Both the position numbers and the translations under genes were made by a program. A stretch of 64,000 nucleotides of DNA from assembly GCA_963810915.1 (NCBI GenBank), contig CAWEPH010000002.1:57002-121001 (forward strand). Direction: 5' to 3'. Below the pieces are notes generated by a model. It worked only from the letters and a program-made list of their open reading frames with translations. It did no database searches and was not told where the DNA came from. Within the stretch, counting starts at the first letter, position 1. The number at the start of each line of letters is the position of its first letter. This document shows positions 48,474 to 57,153 of this stretch, piece by piece. The stretch is from an uncultured Actinomycetes bacterium. Its GTDB lineage: Bacteria; Actinomycetota; UBA4738; HRBIN12.

Positions 48474-49691
48474 ATGGAACGCGTCGACGTCGCGGTGGTG
48501 GGCGGGGGTCAGGCCGGGCTCGCCACGAGCCACGAGCTGACCGCCCGAGGCATCGAGCACATCGTGCTGGAACGGGGACGGGTCGGGCAGACCTGGCGCA
48601 CCCGCTGGGACAGCTTCTGCCTGGTCACCCCCAACTGGGGGATCCGGCTCCCCGGTCACCCCTACGATGGGCCCGATCCGGACGGCTACCTGCCGCGCGA
48701 CGAGATCGTGGCCCACCTCGAGTCTTACGCGTCCGCCGCCCACGTGCCTGTGCGCGAAGGGACCGCCGTCTCGGCCGCGCGTCGCGACGACGACGACGAC
48801 TTCGTGCTGGACACCACGGGCGGGACGGTGCGGGCGCGCCGCCTGGTCGTCGCGAACGGCGCCTACCAGCGTCCGCTCCGTCCCCCCGGCGCCGAGACCC
48901 TCCCGGCGGAACTCACGACGCTCGACGTCGACGGCTTCAAGAACGAAGGCTCCCTTCCCCCGGGTCGCGTCCTGATCGTGGGCAGCGGGCAGTCGGGGTG
49001 TCAGATCGCGGAGGAGCTCCACGAAGCGGGACGCGACGTGGCGCTCGCCTGCGGCCGCGCCCCGTGGGCGCAGCGCCGCATCGGCGGACGCGACGTCTTC
49101 TGGTGGGTGGTGGAGACCGGATACATGGCGCAGACGCTGAGCGCGTTCCCCGACCCGTCGGCGGCGCGCCTGGCCGGGAACATCCTGGCGACCGGCCACG
49201 GCGGCGGGCACGACCTGCACCTGCGGACGTTGCAGGCGATGGGGGTGCGCCTGGTCGGGCGCTTCCTGGGAGCCGAGGCGGGGTCGGCCCGGTTCGCGCA
49301 GGATCTCGGGGAGACGATCGCGTGGAGCGACGCCCGCCACCGCGACCTCATGGACATGGTCCTCGCGACCGCCGTGCGGGAGGGCCTCGAGGCGCCCGAA
49401 GACCCCGAGCCCGGTCCGTTCGACGACCGATCGCCGGAGCGCCTCGGCCTCGCCGGCTTCGGCGCCGTCATCTTCACGGGCGGCTTCCGCCCCGACTACC
49501 GGTCGTGGCTCCCGTGGCCGGAGGCCTTCGACGACGAGGGCTTCCCCCTCCAGGTCGACGGAGCGAGCACCGTCGTCCCGGGCCTGTGGTTCATGGGGGT
49601 GCACTTCCTGCGCACGCGCAAGTCCTCGCTGCTGTTCGGCGTGGGCGAGGACGCCGCCGTGGTGGCCGAGGCGATCGCCGCATCAGGCTGA
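48474..49691 (+). CDS. Flavin-containing monooxygenase-like oxidoreductase
   Basis: VVGGGQAGL, WRTRWDSFCLVTPNW, VGSGQSG.QIAEEL, TGGFRP, GVGEDA. Confidence 0.92.
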   Translation: MERVDVAVVGGGQAGLATSHELTARGIEHIVLERGRVGQTWRTRWDSFCLVTPNWGIRLPGHPYDGPDPDGYLPRDEIVAHLESYASAAHVPVREGTAVSAARRDDDDDFVLDTTGGTVRARRLVVANGAYQRPLRPPGAETLPAELTTLDVDGFKNEGSLPPGRVLIVGSGQSGCQIAEELHEAGRDVALACGRAPWAQRRIGGRDVFWWVVETGYMAQTLSAFPDPSAARLAGNILATGHGGGHDLHLRTLQAMGVRLVGRFLGAEAGSARFAQDLGETIAWSDARHRDLMDMVLATAVREGLEAPEDPEPGPFDDRSPERLGLAGFGAVIFTGGFRPDYRSWLPWPEAFDDEGFPLQVDGASTVVPGLWFMGVHFLRTRKSSLLFGVGEDAAVVAEAIAASG

Positions 49692-49711
49692 GCCGCGAGG
49701 CGGGGAGCCCT

Positions 49712-50338
49712 TCAGGGCGTGCTCGGAGGATCCGTGGGGCTCGGCGGATCGGTGGTGGGCGGATCGGTGGTCGGCGGATCCGTCGTGGGGGGATCCGTGG
49801 TGGGCGGGGTCGTGGTCGGCGGATCCGTCGTCGGCGGCGGCGTGTGGGTCGTGGGGGGTGGCGTGTGCGAGACCGGGGGCGCGGGCGAGGTCACCGTCGG
49901 AGGCACGGAGTGTCCGGAGCCGGAATGCCCATGGTCGGCCCCGCCTGCCGCGGGGTCGGGCGGAGCGGGCGGGAGCTCGATCCCCGACTTCTTCACCGCG
50001 GTGACCGCGTTCTCGAGGAGCTTGGCGAACTCGGGCGTGAGTCCGGTGGCCGACGATCCGTCCGACGTCGCCGAATCGGGAGGCCAGGGCACGGCCTCCG
50101 GGGCCGCCCCGGGCGAGGCCACGCCGAGCGCGGCGGCCGTCTGCCCAGGCTTGTTCGCGAGCAGCAAGGCGACGACGACGAGCGCCGCCATCCCGACGCC
50201 GACCCCGGTCACGGCCTGGAACACCTCGCGCGTGCGACGGCTGCGCCCGCGCGTGAGGACCCCGGCGAGGTGCACGGCGATGTACAACGCGACCGTGACG
50301 GCCAGGGCGAACTCGATGGCTGGTGTGTAATCGCTCAA
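49712..50338 (-). CDS. Membrane protein with Pro/Thr-rich repeat tail
   Basis: Two TM helices, then (PPTTD)n. Confidence 0.7.
   Translation of the reverse strand: MSDYTPAIEFALAVTVALYIAVHLAGVLTRGRSRRTREVFQAVTGVGVGMAALVVVALLLANKPGQTAAALGVASPGAAPEAVPWPPDSATSDGSSATGLTPEFAKLLENAVTAVKKSGIELPPAPPDPAAGGADHGHSGSGHSVPPTVTSPAPPVSHTPPPTTHTPPPTTDPPTTTPPTTDPPTTDPPTTDPPTTDPPSPTDPPSTP
49722..49860 (-). repeat. Degenerate 15-nt tandem repeat encoding PPTTD
   Basis: About 8 units related to GGATCGGTGGTCGGC on the + strand, with synonymous variation. Confidence 0.8.
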
Positions 50339-50525
50339 AGGGGGGTCTGGGCCATTCGGTCTAGGACTTTCGCAGGATGGTACCCCCCATGATGCCGGAG
50401 GGTGGGGACTCGCGTCACCTGTCGATGCGGCGAAGACCCCAACGAACCCTATCTCCGCAGGTCATCGCCCATGGATGCCTCCTCGAAGTTGTCGAACTTT
50501 CCCCCACGCCGGCCCGTCGGACGGC

Positions 50526-51158
50526 TCACATGATGTTGATCGCCCGCGCGATCACGAGGATCGCCGTCACGAGCGAGATCACGGACTCGGCCATCATGGC
50601 CATCTTCGGCCAGGTCCGGACCGGCAGGGTATCCGTGGGGCTGAACGCGGTGGCGTTCGTGAACGAGAGATAGAGGTAGTCGGGGTATCGCGGGATCCAG
50701 CCGTCGGATGCGAGCTCCGGCATCGCATCCTCGGGGAAACCGAAGCTCGCGGCGACACCCGAGCCCGCCGCCCGCTCCGCTGGGCCCCCGCGATCGAGCT
50801 CCCAGTACCAGAGGCTGAACACGATCACGTTCGTGACCCAGAGCGCCGCGCCGCGGCCGAGGAGGTCGGTGGCGTTCACCCCTTGCACGTTCGCGAGGAT
50901 GTCATGGAGCAGGACCAGGAGGCCCGCGAACGTGCCGAGGGTCATGATCACGATCAACGCCAAGGTGAGCCGGCGCCCGGCGACGGTGCGGCGATCGATC
51001 CGGCCGGGGTCCTGGATCGTCACGACCCCGAGCAGGACCACCTCGAGGATCGGGATGATCCACCATCCCCGTATTCGTCCGGCGTGCGGGGTACCCACCT
51101 GCAGCACGACGGCGAGGAGCACCCCCGCGGCCATCGGCCAACGCCGTTCGGCATGCAC
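50526..51158 (-). CDS. DUF1345-like membrane protein
   Basis: WVTNVIVFSLWYWELDRGGP, DYLYLSFTNATAFSPTD, ARAINI. Confidence 0.88.
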   Translation of the reverse strand: MHAERRWPMAAGVLLAVVLQVGTPHAGRIRGWWIIPILEVVLLGVVTIQDPGRIDRRTVAGRRLTLALIVIMTLGTFAGLLVLLHDILANVQGVNATDLLGRGAALWVTNVIVFSLWYWELDRGGPAERAAGSGVAASFGFPEDAMPELASDGWIPRYPDYLYLSFTNATAFSPTDTLPVRTWPKMAMMAESVISLVTAILVIARAINIM

Positions 51159-51161
51159 GGG

Positions 51162-51518
51162 CTAGGACTGCGCCTGGTCGTCGGTGTCGTCGTCCTTCTT
51201 CTCGTCCGCAGATCCCCCGGAGCGGATGGCCTGGCTCGCCTCGTTCACCGTCGCCGTGATCGCGTCGCCGATCGCACTGACCGCCGCGCCCAGGTCCTTG
51301 TTGGCCTGATCGTCGGTGAGGGTCTTGCCCACGGCCGTGAACCCACGGCCGAGCTCGTCGATCAGTTCCTTCGCGGCGCGCTGCAGCTCCCGCTCGGACT
51401 CCTTCGCGGCCTCGGCATCGGTCGAGCCCGCCTCCTTGTAGCGGTCCGCGACCCTGCGTCCCCAGGAGGCGAACTTCTCGCCCACCTCGCCCCACGCGTC
51501 CTTCGCGCTATCCGTCAT
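51162..51518 (-). CDS. Hypothetical helical protein
   Basis: SD AAGGAGGT; MTDSAKDAWGEVGEKF..., 118 aa. Confidence 0.8.
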   Translation of the reverse strand: MTDSAKDAWGEVGEKFASWGRRVADRYKEAGSTDAEAAKESERELQRAAKELIDELGRGFTAVGKTLTDDQANKDLGAAVSAIGDAITATVNEASQAIRSGGSADEKKDDDTDDQAQS

Positions 51519-51577
51519 GTCCCACCTCCTTCGTCGATGCCACTGTAGCGAGGCCGGCCGGACCCGCGCGAGGACGC

Positions 51578-53529
51578 TTAGGACTCCCGCTCGGGGCGCA
51601 GGTGCCGATCGAACCAGGCCTGGGTTCGCCGGATCGCGTCGAGCGCGTGCGCGCGCTCCAACGGCACGTGGCCTTCGCGCGGGTACACGACGAGCTCGAC
51701 CTCGCAACCCGCGGCCGCGAGGGCGCCGTACAGCTCCTCTGCCTGGCTCACCGGCGTGCATCGATCCTCGGCGCCCTGGAGGATCAGGGTCGGCGTCGTG
51801 GAGCGTTGCGCGTGCGTGGTGGGCGAGCGGTCGAGGTACTGGCTGGCGGGGTCGTTCCAGGCTCCCTCCAGGATGGCCTGGTCGTACCACCACACCTCCG
51901 ACGTGAGGTGGAACGACACGTAGTCCGCGACGACGGACATGGCCACAGCGGCCGCGAAGCGGTCCGTCTGCCCCACGGCCCACCCCGCGAGGTAGCCGCC
52001 GTAGGACAGGCCCGCGATGCCGAGCCGCTCCGGGTCCGCGACGCCTTCGGCGATGCAGTGGTCGACCCCGGCCATGATGTCGCGGAAGTCCACGCCGCCC
52101 CCGTCGCCGATCACCGCCTGCGCGAAGGCATGGCCGCGGCCGATGCTGCCCCTCGGGTTGGGCAGGAGGCAGGCGTAGCCCGCCGAGGCGAGCAGCACCG
52201 CGTTCGGCTCCGAGTCGGAGAAGTAGGCGCCCCAGTTCCAGGTGGGCCCGCCGTGCGCGCAGACGATCATCGGCAGCGACCCCTCTGCATCGGGGGGCGT
52301 CATCAGCAGGCCCTCGATCTCGACGCCGCCCTCGCCCGCCCACCGGATCGTGCGGACGTCCGGGAAGACACGACCTTCGACGATGGGATCGTTGAACGAC
52401 GTCCGTCGCGACCACGAGCCGGCCGTGTGTCGAAGCGCGCGAGCTCCGGCGCGAGGCCGTGCGCCTGGTGCGTGGTCCACACGTCGGCGGCGTCGTCGGT
52501 GATCGCGCAGGCCGGGGTCGTGATGGCGTCGCCGATGAACGCGTCGTCGCGCCACCGCTCCTGCTGGCGGCCGTCCAGCCAGACCCGGCCACAGGCGTTG
52601 CCCGTCCCGTCGGTGCCGGCGTACCAGAGCGAATCGGCGTCGCACCAGGAGGCGAGCCCCACGGTCTGGAGGTCGGGCCAAGGGTCTGCCGTCACACCCG
52701 TGGCGAGGTCGATGACCATGATGCTGCCGGCCAGGAGGCCGTGGTCGCTCGCGTACCCCTCTACCACCGCGACGCGGGAACCGTCGGGCGAGAGCGCGAG
52801 GCCCTCCATCTGCCAGACCGGCTCGTAGAGCGTGTGGGCGGTGCGCGCGCCCAGGTCCAGGCGGGCCACGACCGCCTGGTACCAGCCCGAGCCGGAATGG
52901 TCGCGCGAGACGATCGCCACGACCGTCCCGTCGCCGTCCCAGTCGACCTCCCAGACGCTCAGCTCCGGAGGACCGACCTCGTCGACGGCGCCCGACGCGA
53001 GGTCGATCAGGAACAGGCGCCGACGCGCATCACCGGGGCGGCGCACGATCGGGTCGGACGGGGCGGCGGCGCCGTTGACGGCGCGCGCGCTCCAGTCCAG
53101 GCCGTAGGAGCCGGGGTCCGCCGCGAGCACCAGCAGCCGGGCTCCGTCGCTCGACCACGCCACGCTCTCCGCCGAGCCCACGAGCGAGGCCGCGAGCGCG
53201 GGCTCCTCACCGACGGCCGACATGGTGTACGGGAGCTGATGCCCCGGCGTGATCCGATCCGACAGGAACGCGAGCCGCGTGCCGTCGGGAGACCACGCGG
53301 GGGTGCGGTCGCTCCAGGCGCCCTCGGTCAGCCGCACGGGCTCGGCGCCGTCGCGGACCTGCGACACGAACAGGTCGCTCGGCTGGAACGACCCTTCGTC
53401 GGCCACCGTGGCGTGCAACGCGAACGCGAGACGTTCCCCGTCGGGCGAGAACGCGAGCTCGGCGGGCGTGCGGACGCTCAGGAGTAGGTCGGCGGTGGGC
53501 AGGTCGAGACGATCGGCGCGGGCATCCAT
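51578..53529 (-). CDS. S9 family peptidase (acylaminoacyl/dipeptidyl type; apparent frameshifts near 52400-52430)
   Basis: WSPDG propeller repeats, HGGP, NPRGS.G.G, GLSYGG nucleophile elbow, EDR, YPREGH. Confidence 0.92.
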
Positions 53530-53593
53530 GGCGCGTATCTTCCCTCACCGTCTCCGCACAGCGCGAACCGCGACCGTCGCGACCACATCGTGG

Positions 53594-53619
53594 GTGTGAA
53601 GCGTCCGGACCGTGGGTAG
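53594..53619 (+). promoter_or_regulatory. SigB/SigF-type promoter (candidate)
   Basis: GTGT-N16-GGGTAG upstream of the 53673 operon. Confidence 0.5.
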
Positions 53620-53672
53620 ACCTGCCCATGGATCCGCTCCCCCGTGGACGGATCCGTTGGAAGGGAGGAATC

Positions 53673-53949
53673 ATGGAGAAGAGCTCAGGAGCGACCTTCG
53701 TAGGGCTCGGGCTCGTGCTGTTGATCGTCGGCGCGATCATGCGATACGCGGTCACGGTTCACACGAGCGGTTTCAACATCCACACCGCAGGCGTGATCGC
53801 GCTTGATCGCCGGGATCGTGGCAGTGGTGATCGGGCTCGTGATGCTGATGTGGCCGTCGAGGCGTCGCAGTGTCACCAGCGAGCGTTACGTGAACACACC
53901 GGGCGGCCAAGAGCACGTCCAGGAGCGCGATGACTTCGGCTCGCTCTGA
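53673..53949 (+). CDS. DUF6458-like small membrane protein (apparent frameshift near 53805)
   Basis: SD GGGAGGA; GLVLLIVGAIMRYAVT...GFNIHTAGVI..IAGIV. Confidence 0.75.
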
Positions 53950-54010
53950 GGGGACCTCACGCTGAGGGAAACCGCGGCTCCACGGTCAGGAGGAAGGGAA
54001 GGTGAGCGCC

Positions 54011-54103
54011 ATGCTTGCAGCGATCGGTCTGGGCGTCATCGGCACCATCATCGTGGTGGTGTTGGTCGTCGCGGTCGTGCTCTGGCTCCTTCGTAGGGCT
54101 TAG
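54011..54103 (+). CDS. 30-aa single-TM microprotein MLAAIGLGVIGTIIVVVLVVAVVLWLLRRA
   Basis: Below the ORF-track cutoff; SD GAAGGTGA; fills the gap inside the operon. Confidence 0.7.
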   Translation: MLAAIGLGVIGTIIVVVLVVAVVLWLLRRA

Positions 54104-54113
54104 CGGGGCCGCG

Positions 54114-54614
54114 ATGTCGGGGGGCGAGACGGAGAGCGAGCGGCTCGATCGCAAGTTGATCGAGCTGTTGAACGAGCTCCGCGTCGCGCTCCCCGGCGTC
54201 CAGGTCCTGTTCGCGTTTCTCCTGACCCTGCCGTTCAGCAGCGGATTCGCGCGAGACGACGGCGTTCCAACGCGACGTGTACGCGTCATCGCTCGTCTGC
54301 GCGGTGCTCGCATCGATCTTCTTCATCGCTCCGTCGAGCTACCACCGCCATCGATTCCGACGCCTCGACCACGAGACGGTCGAGGACAAGCGCGAGATGA
54401 TCGCCACGCAGGATCGTCTGGCGATCGGCGGCTTCTTGTTCCTCACGCTCGCGGTTCTAGGATCGACGTTCGTCGTGTTCGACACCTTGTTCACGTCGCG
54501 CACGACCGTCATCGTGATCGCGTTCCTCGCCGTCGGCTTCGCATGGTTCTGGTACGCGCTGCCGTTGTCGCGACGGATGCGCGCTTCAAGGCGCGCCGGT
54601 CGACCCGTCCGTGA
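54114..54614 (+). CDS. DUF6328-like membrane protein (apparent frameshifts; end approximate)
   Basis: ETESERLDRKLIELLNELRVALPGVQVLFAFLLTLPF; APSSYHR; WFWYALPL. Confidence 0.85.
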   Translation: MSGGETESERLDRKLIELLNELRVALPGVQVLFAFLLTLPFSSGFARDDGVPTRRVRVIARLRGARIDLLHRSVELPPPSIPTPRPRDGRGQARDDRHAGSSGDRRLLVPHARGSRIDVRRVRHLVHVAHDRHRDRVPRRRLRMVLVRAAVVATDARFKARRSTRP

Positions 54615-54642
54615 GGCCCACCTCCTCGAGCTCGTGGTGGGC

Positions 54643-55073
54643 TCAGACCGAGCCGCTGACGCGACGCTCGTCGTCGTCATCCGGGGTCGTTCGGTCGGTC
54701 GGTCGCGTCCACGATCCGGTCCTGGACCTCGCCGATGCGGGCGACGCCCTTGGAGCGCAGACGGCTCCAGCGATCGACGATCTGCGCGTAGCGGGTTCGC
54801 CCGCCTTGGCACCGAGGATGTAGGCACCACCCGCCGCCAGGAGCGTACCGCCGCGCGGAGCCGATGGGCACCGACCGTTCGTCGTGCCGACATCCGCTCG
54901 ACGGCCTCGAGCAGGCGCTCGAGCTCGCCGCGCTCGCGCCGGGCCTCTTCTTGCAGGGCGCGGTTCTCGATGCGCAGTCGCTCGGCCTCCGGCGGGCAGT
55001 CCGACACCTTGTCCTCCAACCGCTTGCGCTGCAGCATCTGACGTGCTTCGGTCGCGCGCTCGATGATCTCCAT
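54643..55073 (-). CDS. Coiled-coil, YtxH-like hypothetical protein (multiple apparent frameshifts)
   Basis: MEIIERATEARQML..., GGAYILGAKAG-R.RYAQI motif spread over frames. Confidence 0.55.
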
Positions 55074-55118
55074 GGCTCCTCTCTCCCTTCGGTGTGCGAT
55101 GGTGGCTGGGTCGACGTC

Positions 55119-55249
55119 TCACGCCTCGATCGGCGGAGGCTGAGGCGGCGATGGCTGGGGCTCCGGTTGCGGCGGCGGGGGTGGCTCGGGCTCCGGCGTG
55201 GAGTCGGTGTCGGTGGCGGCACGTTCGGATCGACCATCTCGTTTCGCAT
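55119..55249 (-). CDS. Small Pro-rich peptide (apparent frameshift)
   Basis: SD GAGGAG; MRNEMVDPNVPPPTPTP...PEPEPPPPQPEPQPSPPQPPPIEA. Confidence 0.45.
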
Positions 55250-55266
55250 CGCGTGCTCCTCGCTGC

Positions 55267-55597
55267 TCATCGGTCGCCCAACGCCTTCAGCAGCTCGCGC
55301 TTCGACATCTTCGAGCGGCCCCGGATGTTCCGGTCCTTCGCCTCCGCGTACAGCTGATCGTAGGTCCGGCCGCCGGGGCCCTTGTGCGAGCGCAGACCCG
55401 CCCCGCCTCGACGAGGAGATGCCATCCACGGACGTGCGGCTCTTCTCCTCGGATTCGCCGGCGCGTGCGCGCTCCTTGTTCACCGTGCGGGCGGCGATCT
55501 CCTCGGCCGTGTCCTCGGACCGGCCGCGCTCCTCCAACCCGGCCTTGATGTGCTCGTACTGGCGCTCGCGTTTCGCGCTCCAGGCCTTCTGGGGCAT
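55267..55597 (-). CDS. Small basic protein of the actinobacterial 'plasmid stabilization'/Rho-N-like family (apparent frameshift near 55400)
   Basis: WSAKRERQYEHIK, EEIAARTVNKERAR, RTYDQLYAEAK..NI.GRSKMSK.EL. Confidence 0.85.
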
Positions 55598-55637
55598 CAA
55601 CCTCGCCTCCTCCGTCTCGATCGGATATGACCGCTAC

Positions 55638-55699
55638 GTACCCGTTCGAGGACGCCCGAAACGACGCGGCGGCGTTTGGGGTCATCGGTTGCCGGGTAG
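55638..55699. promoter_or_regulatory. Back-to-back SigB/SigF-type promoters
   Basis: Minus strand GTTT(55662-55659)-N15-GGGTAC(55643-55638); plus strand GTTT(55674-55677)-N16-GGGTAG(55694-55699). Confidence 0.75.
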
Positions 55700-55708
55700 C
55701 GGCAGCTC

Positions 55709-56717
55709 ATGATCCGGATGCCCGCACCCCGAGGACCGCTGAGTGACGCGGTCATCGCGCACCTGCTCGGGAGCGACATCGCCAGGAGCCGCCTGGCCCG
55801 TCGTCGAGATCCGCGATCCCCTGGTCGACGATGATCTGCAGCTGGCGTTGACGCTCGCGTACGAGCTGCACTACCAGGGCATCGAGCGCGTCGATCCCGA
55901 GCGTGAATGGGACCCATCCCTGCTCGGCTTCCGCCGGGACCTGGAGCGGACCTTCGAGGACGCGCTGCGGCGCACCGTCGGGCAGGTGCAGGCGCCGGCG
56001 CGGCCCGGGGATCTGAGCCGACGCCTCGTGGCGCTCTCGGAGGCCGAGGCGCGACCCTCGCTCAGCCGATATCTGGCGCGAGACGCGACGGCGGACCAGT
56101 TCCGAGAGTTCGTCATCCACAGGTCGATCTACACCCTGAAGGAGGCGGACCCTCACTCGTTCGCGATCCCGCGCATCGAGGGGGCGGCGAAGGCGGCGTT
56201 CATCGAGATCCAGGCCGACGAGTACGGGGGCGGGGACCCGGAACGGATGCACGCCACCCTCTTCGCGCAGACGATGCACGCGCTCGACCTGGTTTCCACG
56301 TACGGGACATACCTCGACGCGGTGCCCGGCGTGACGCTCGCCACCGTCAACCTCATCAGCCTGTTCGCCCTGCACCGACGGCTGCGGGGCGCGGCGATGG
56401 GACACCTCGCCTTGTTCGAGCTCACATCCGCCGTGCCGAACCGTCGCTACGGCAACGGCCTCCGCCGGCTGGGGTTCGGCTCGGAGGCAACCGACTACTA
56501 CGACGAGCACGTGGAGGCCGATTCCGTCCACGACATGATCGCCGCCTACGACCTGGTGGGCGCCCTGATGCGAGAGGACGCCTCGATGGGCGAGGACATC
56601 CTGTTCGGTGCCCTGGCACTCACCGACGTGGAGGAACGGTTCGCCGCACACCTCCTGGGCGGTTGGGGGGACGGCCGGTCCTCGCTACGCGGGGCGACGC
56701 TCGTCGCCGCCGGTTAG
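55709..56717 (+). CDS. Iron-containing redox enzyme (heme-oxygenase-like diiron fold; apparent frameshift near 55780)
   Basis: MP.PRGPLS, YELHY, HRSIYTLKEADPH, EIQADEYG, HATLF, FELTS, YDEHVEADSVH. Confidence 0.9.
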
Positions 56718-57002
56718 GGCGTCGGTCGTCGTGACGAAGCGGTGGGTCCCGTCACAGAACGTCCGGAGCCGGCTCTTGTGGCACCGGCAGAGCGCCACGG
56801 TGGCGCGAGCGCACGCAACCCGGTTCCCGTCGCGTTCGAGCACTTCCTCTGCGCCGCTCACCAGCACCGGACCCCCCGGATAGGCACGGATCCGCATCGC
56901 CCCACGCCTACCGATCGCCAACCGGTCCCCGACCCGCACGACCTCCAGGTCGTCCTCCTGCCGGATGGTGACGGGGTCTTCGATGCCGAGGCGTTCTCGC
57001 AT
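56685..57002 (-). CDS. CDGSH iron-sulfur domain protein
   Basis: YPGGPVLVSG...VALCRCHKSRLRTFCDGTH. Confidence 0.85.
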   Translation of the reverse strand: MRERLGIEDPVTIRQEDDLEVVRVGDRLAIGRRGAMRIRAYPGGPVLVSGAEEVLERDGNRVACARATVALCRCHKSRLRTFCDGTHRFVTTTDALTGGDERRPA

Positions 57003-57011
57003 GTGGGTGCT

Positions 57012-57036
57012 GTACCCACGGTCCTGCCGGCGAAAC
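57012..57036 (-). promoter_or_regulatory. SigB/SigF-type promoter of the CDGSH gene
   Basis: GTTT(57036-57033)-N15-GGGTAC(57017-57012), 9 nt before ATG 57002. Confidence 0.7.
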
Positions 57037-57153
57037 GCTCGATGACCTCGTGCGACCGCCCGCGGGCGGACTCGACAGACGGCGGAAGTCGATGAGAAGC
57101 TTCGGAACCTCGGATCGACTCCACTCTGGCTCCGCACCCGGCACGGGGGATCG

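Noticed and set aside
49722-49860. Possible CRISPR array or non-coding VNTR
   Set aside because: 15-nt in-frame units without spacers and with synonymous variation encode a Pro/Thr linker; no cas genes are present.
55267-55597. Plasmid or toxin-antitoxin origin implied by the 'plasmid stabilization' family name
   Set aside because: No rep, par, toxin or mobility genes; the context is a chromosomal stress cluster.
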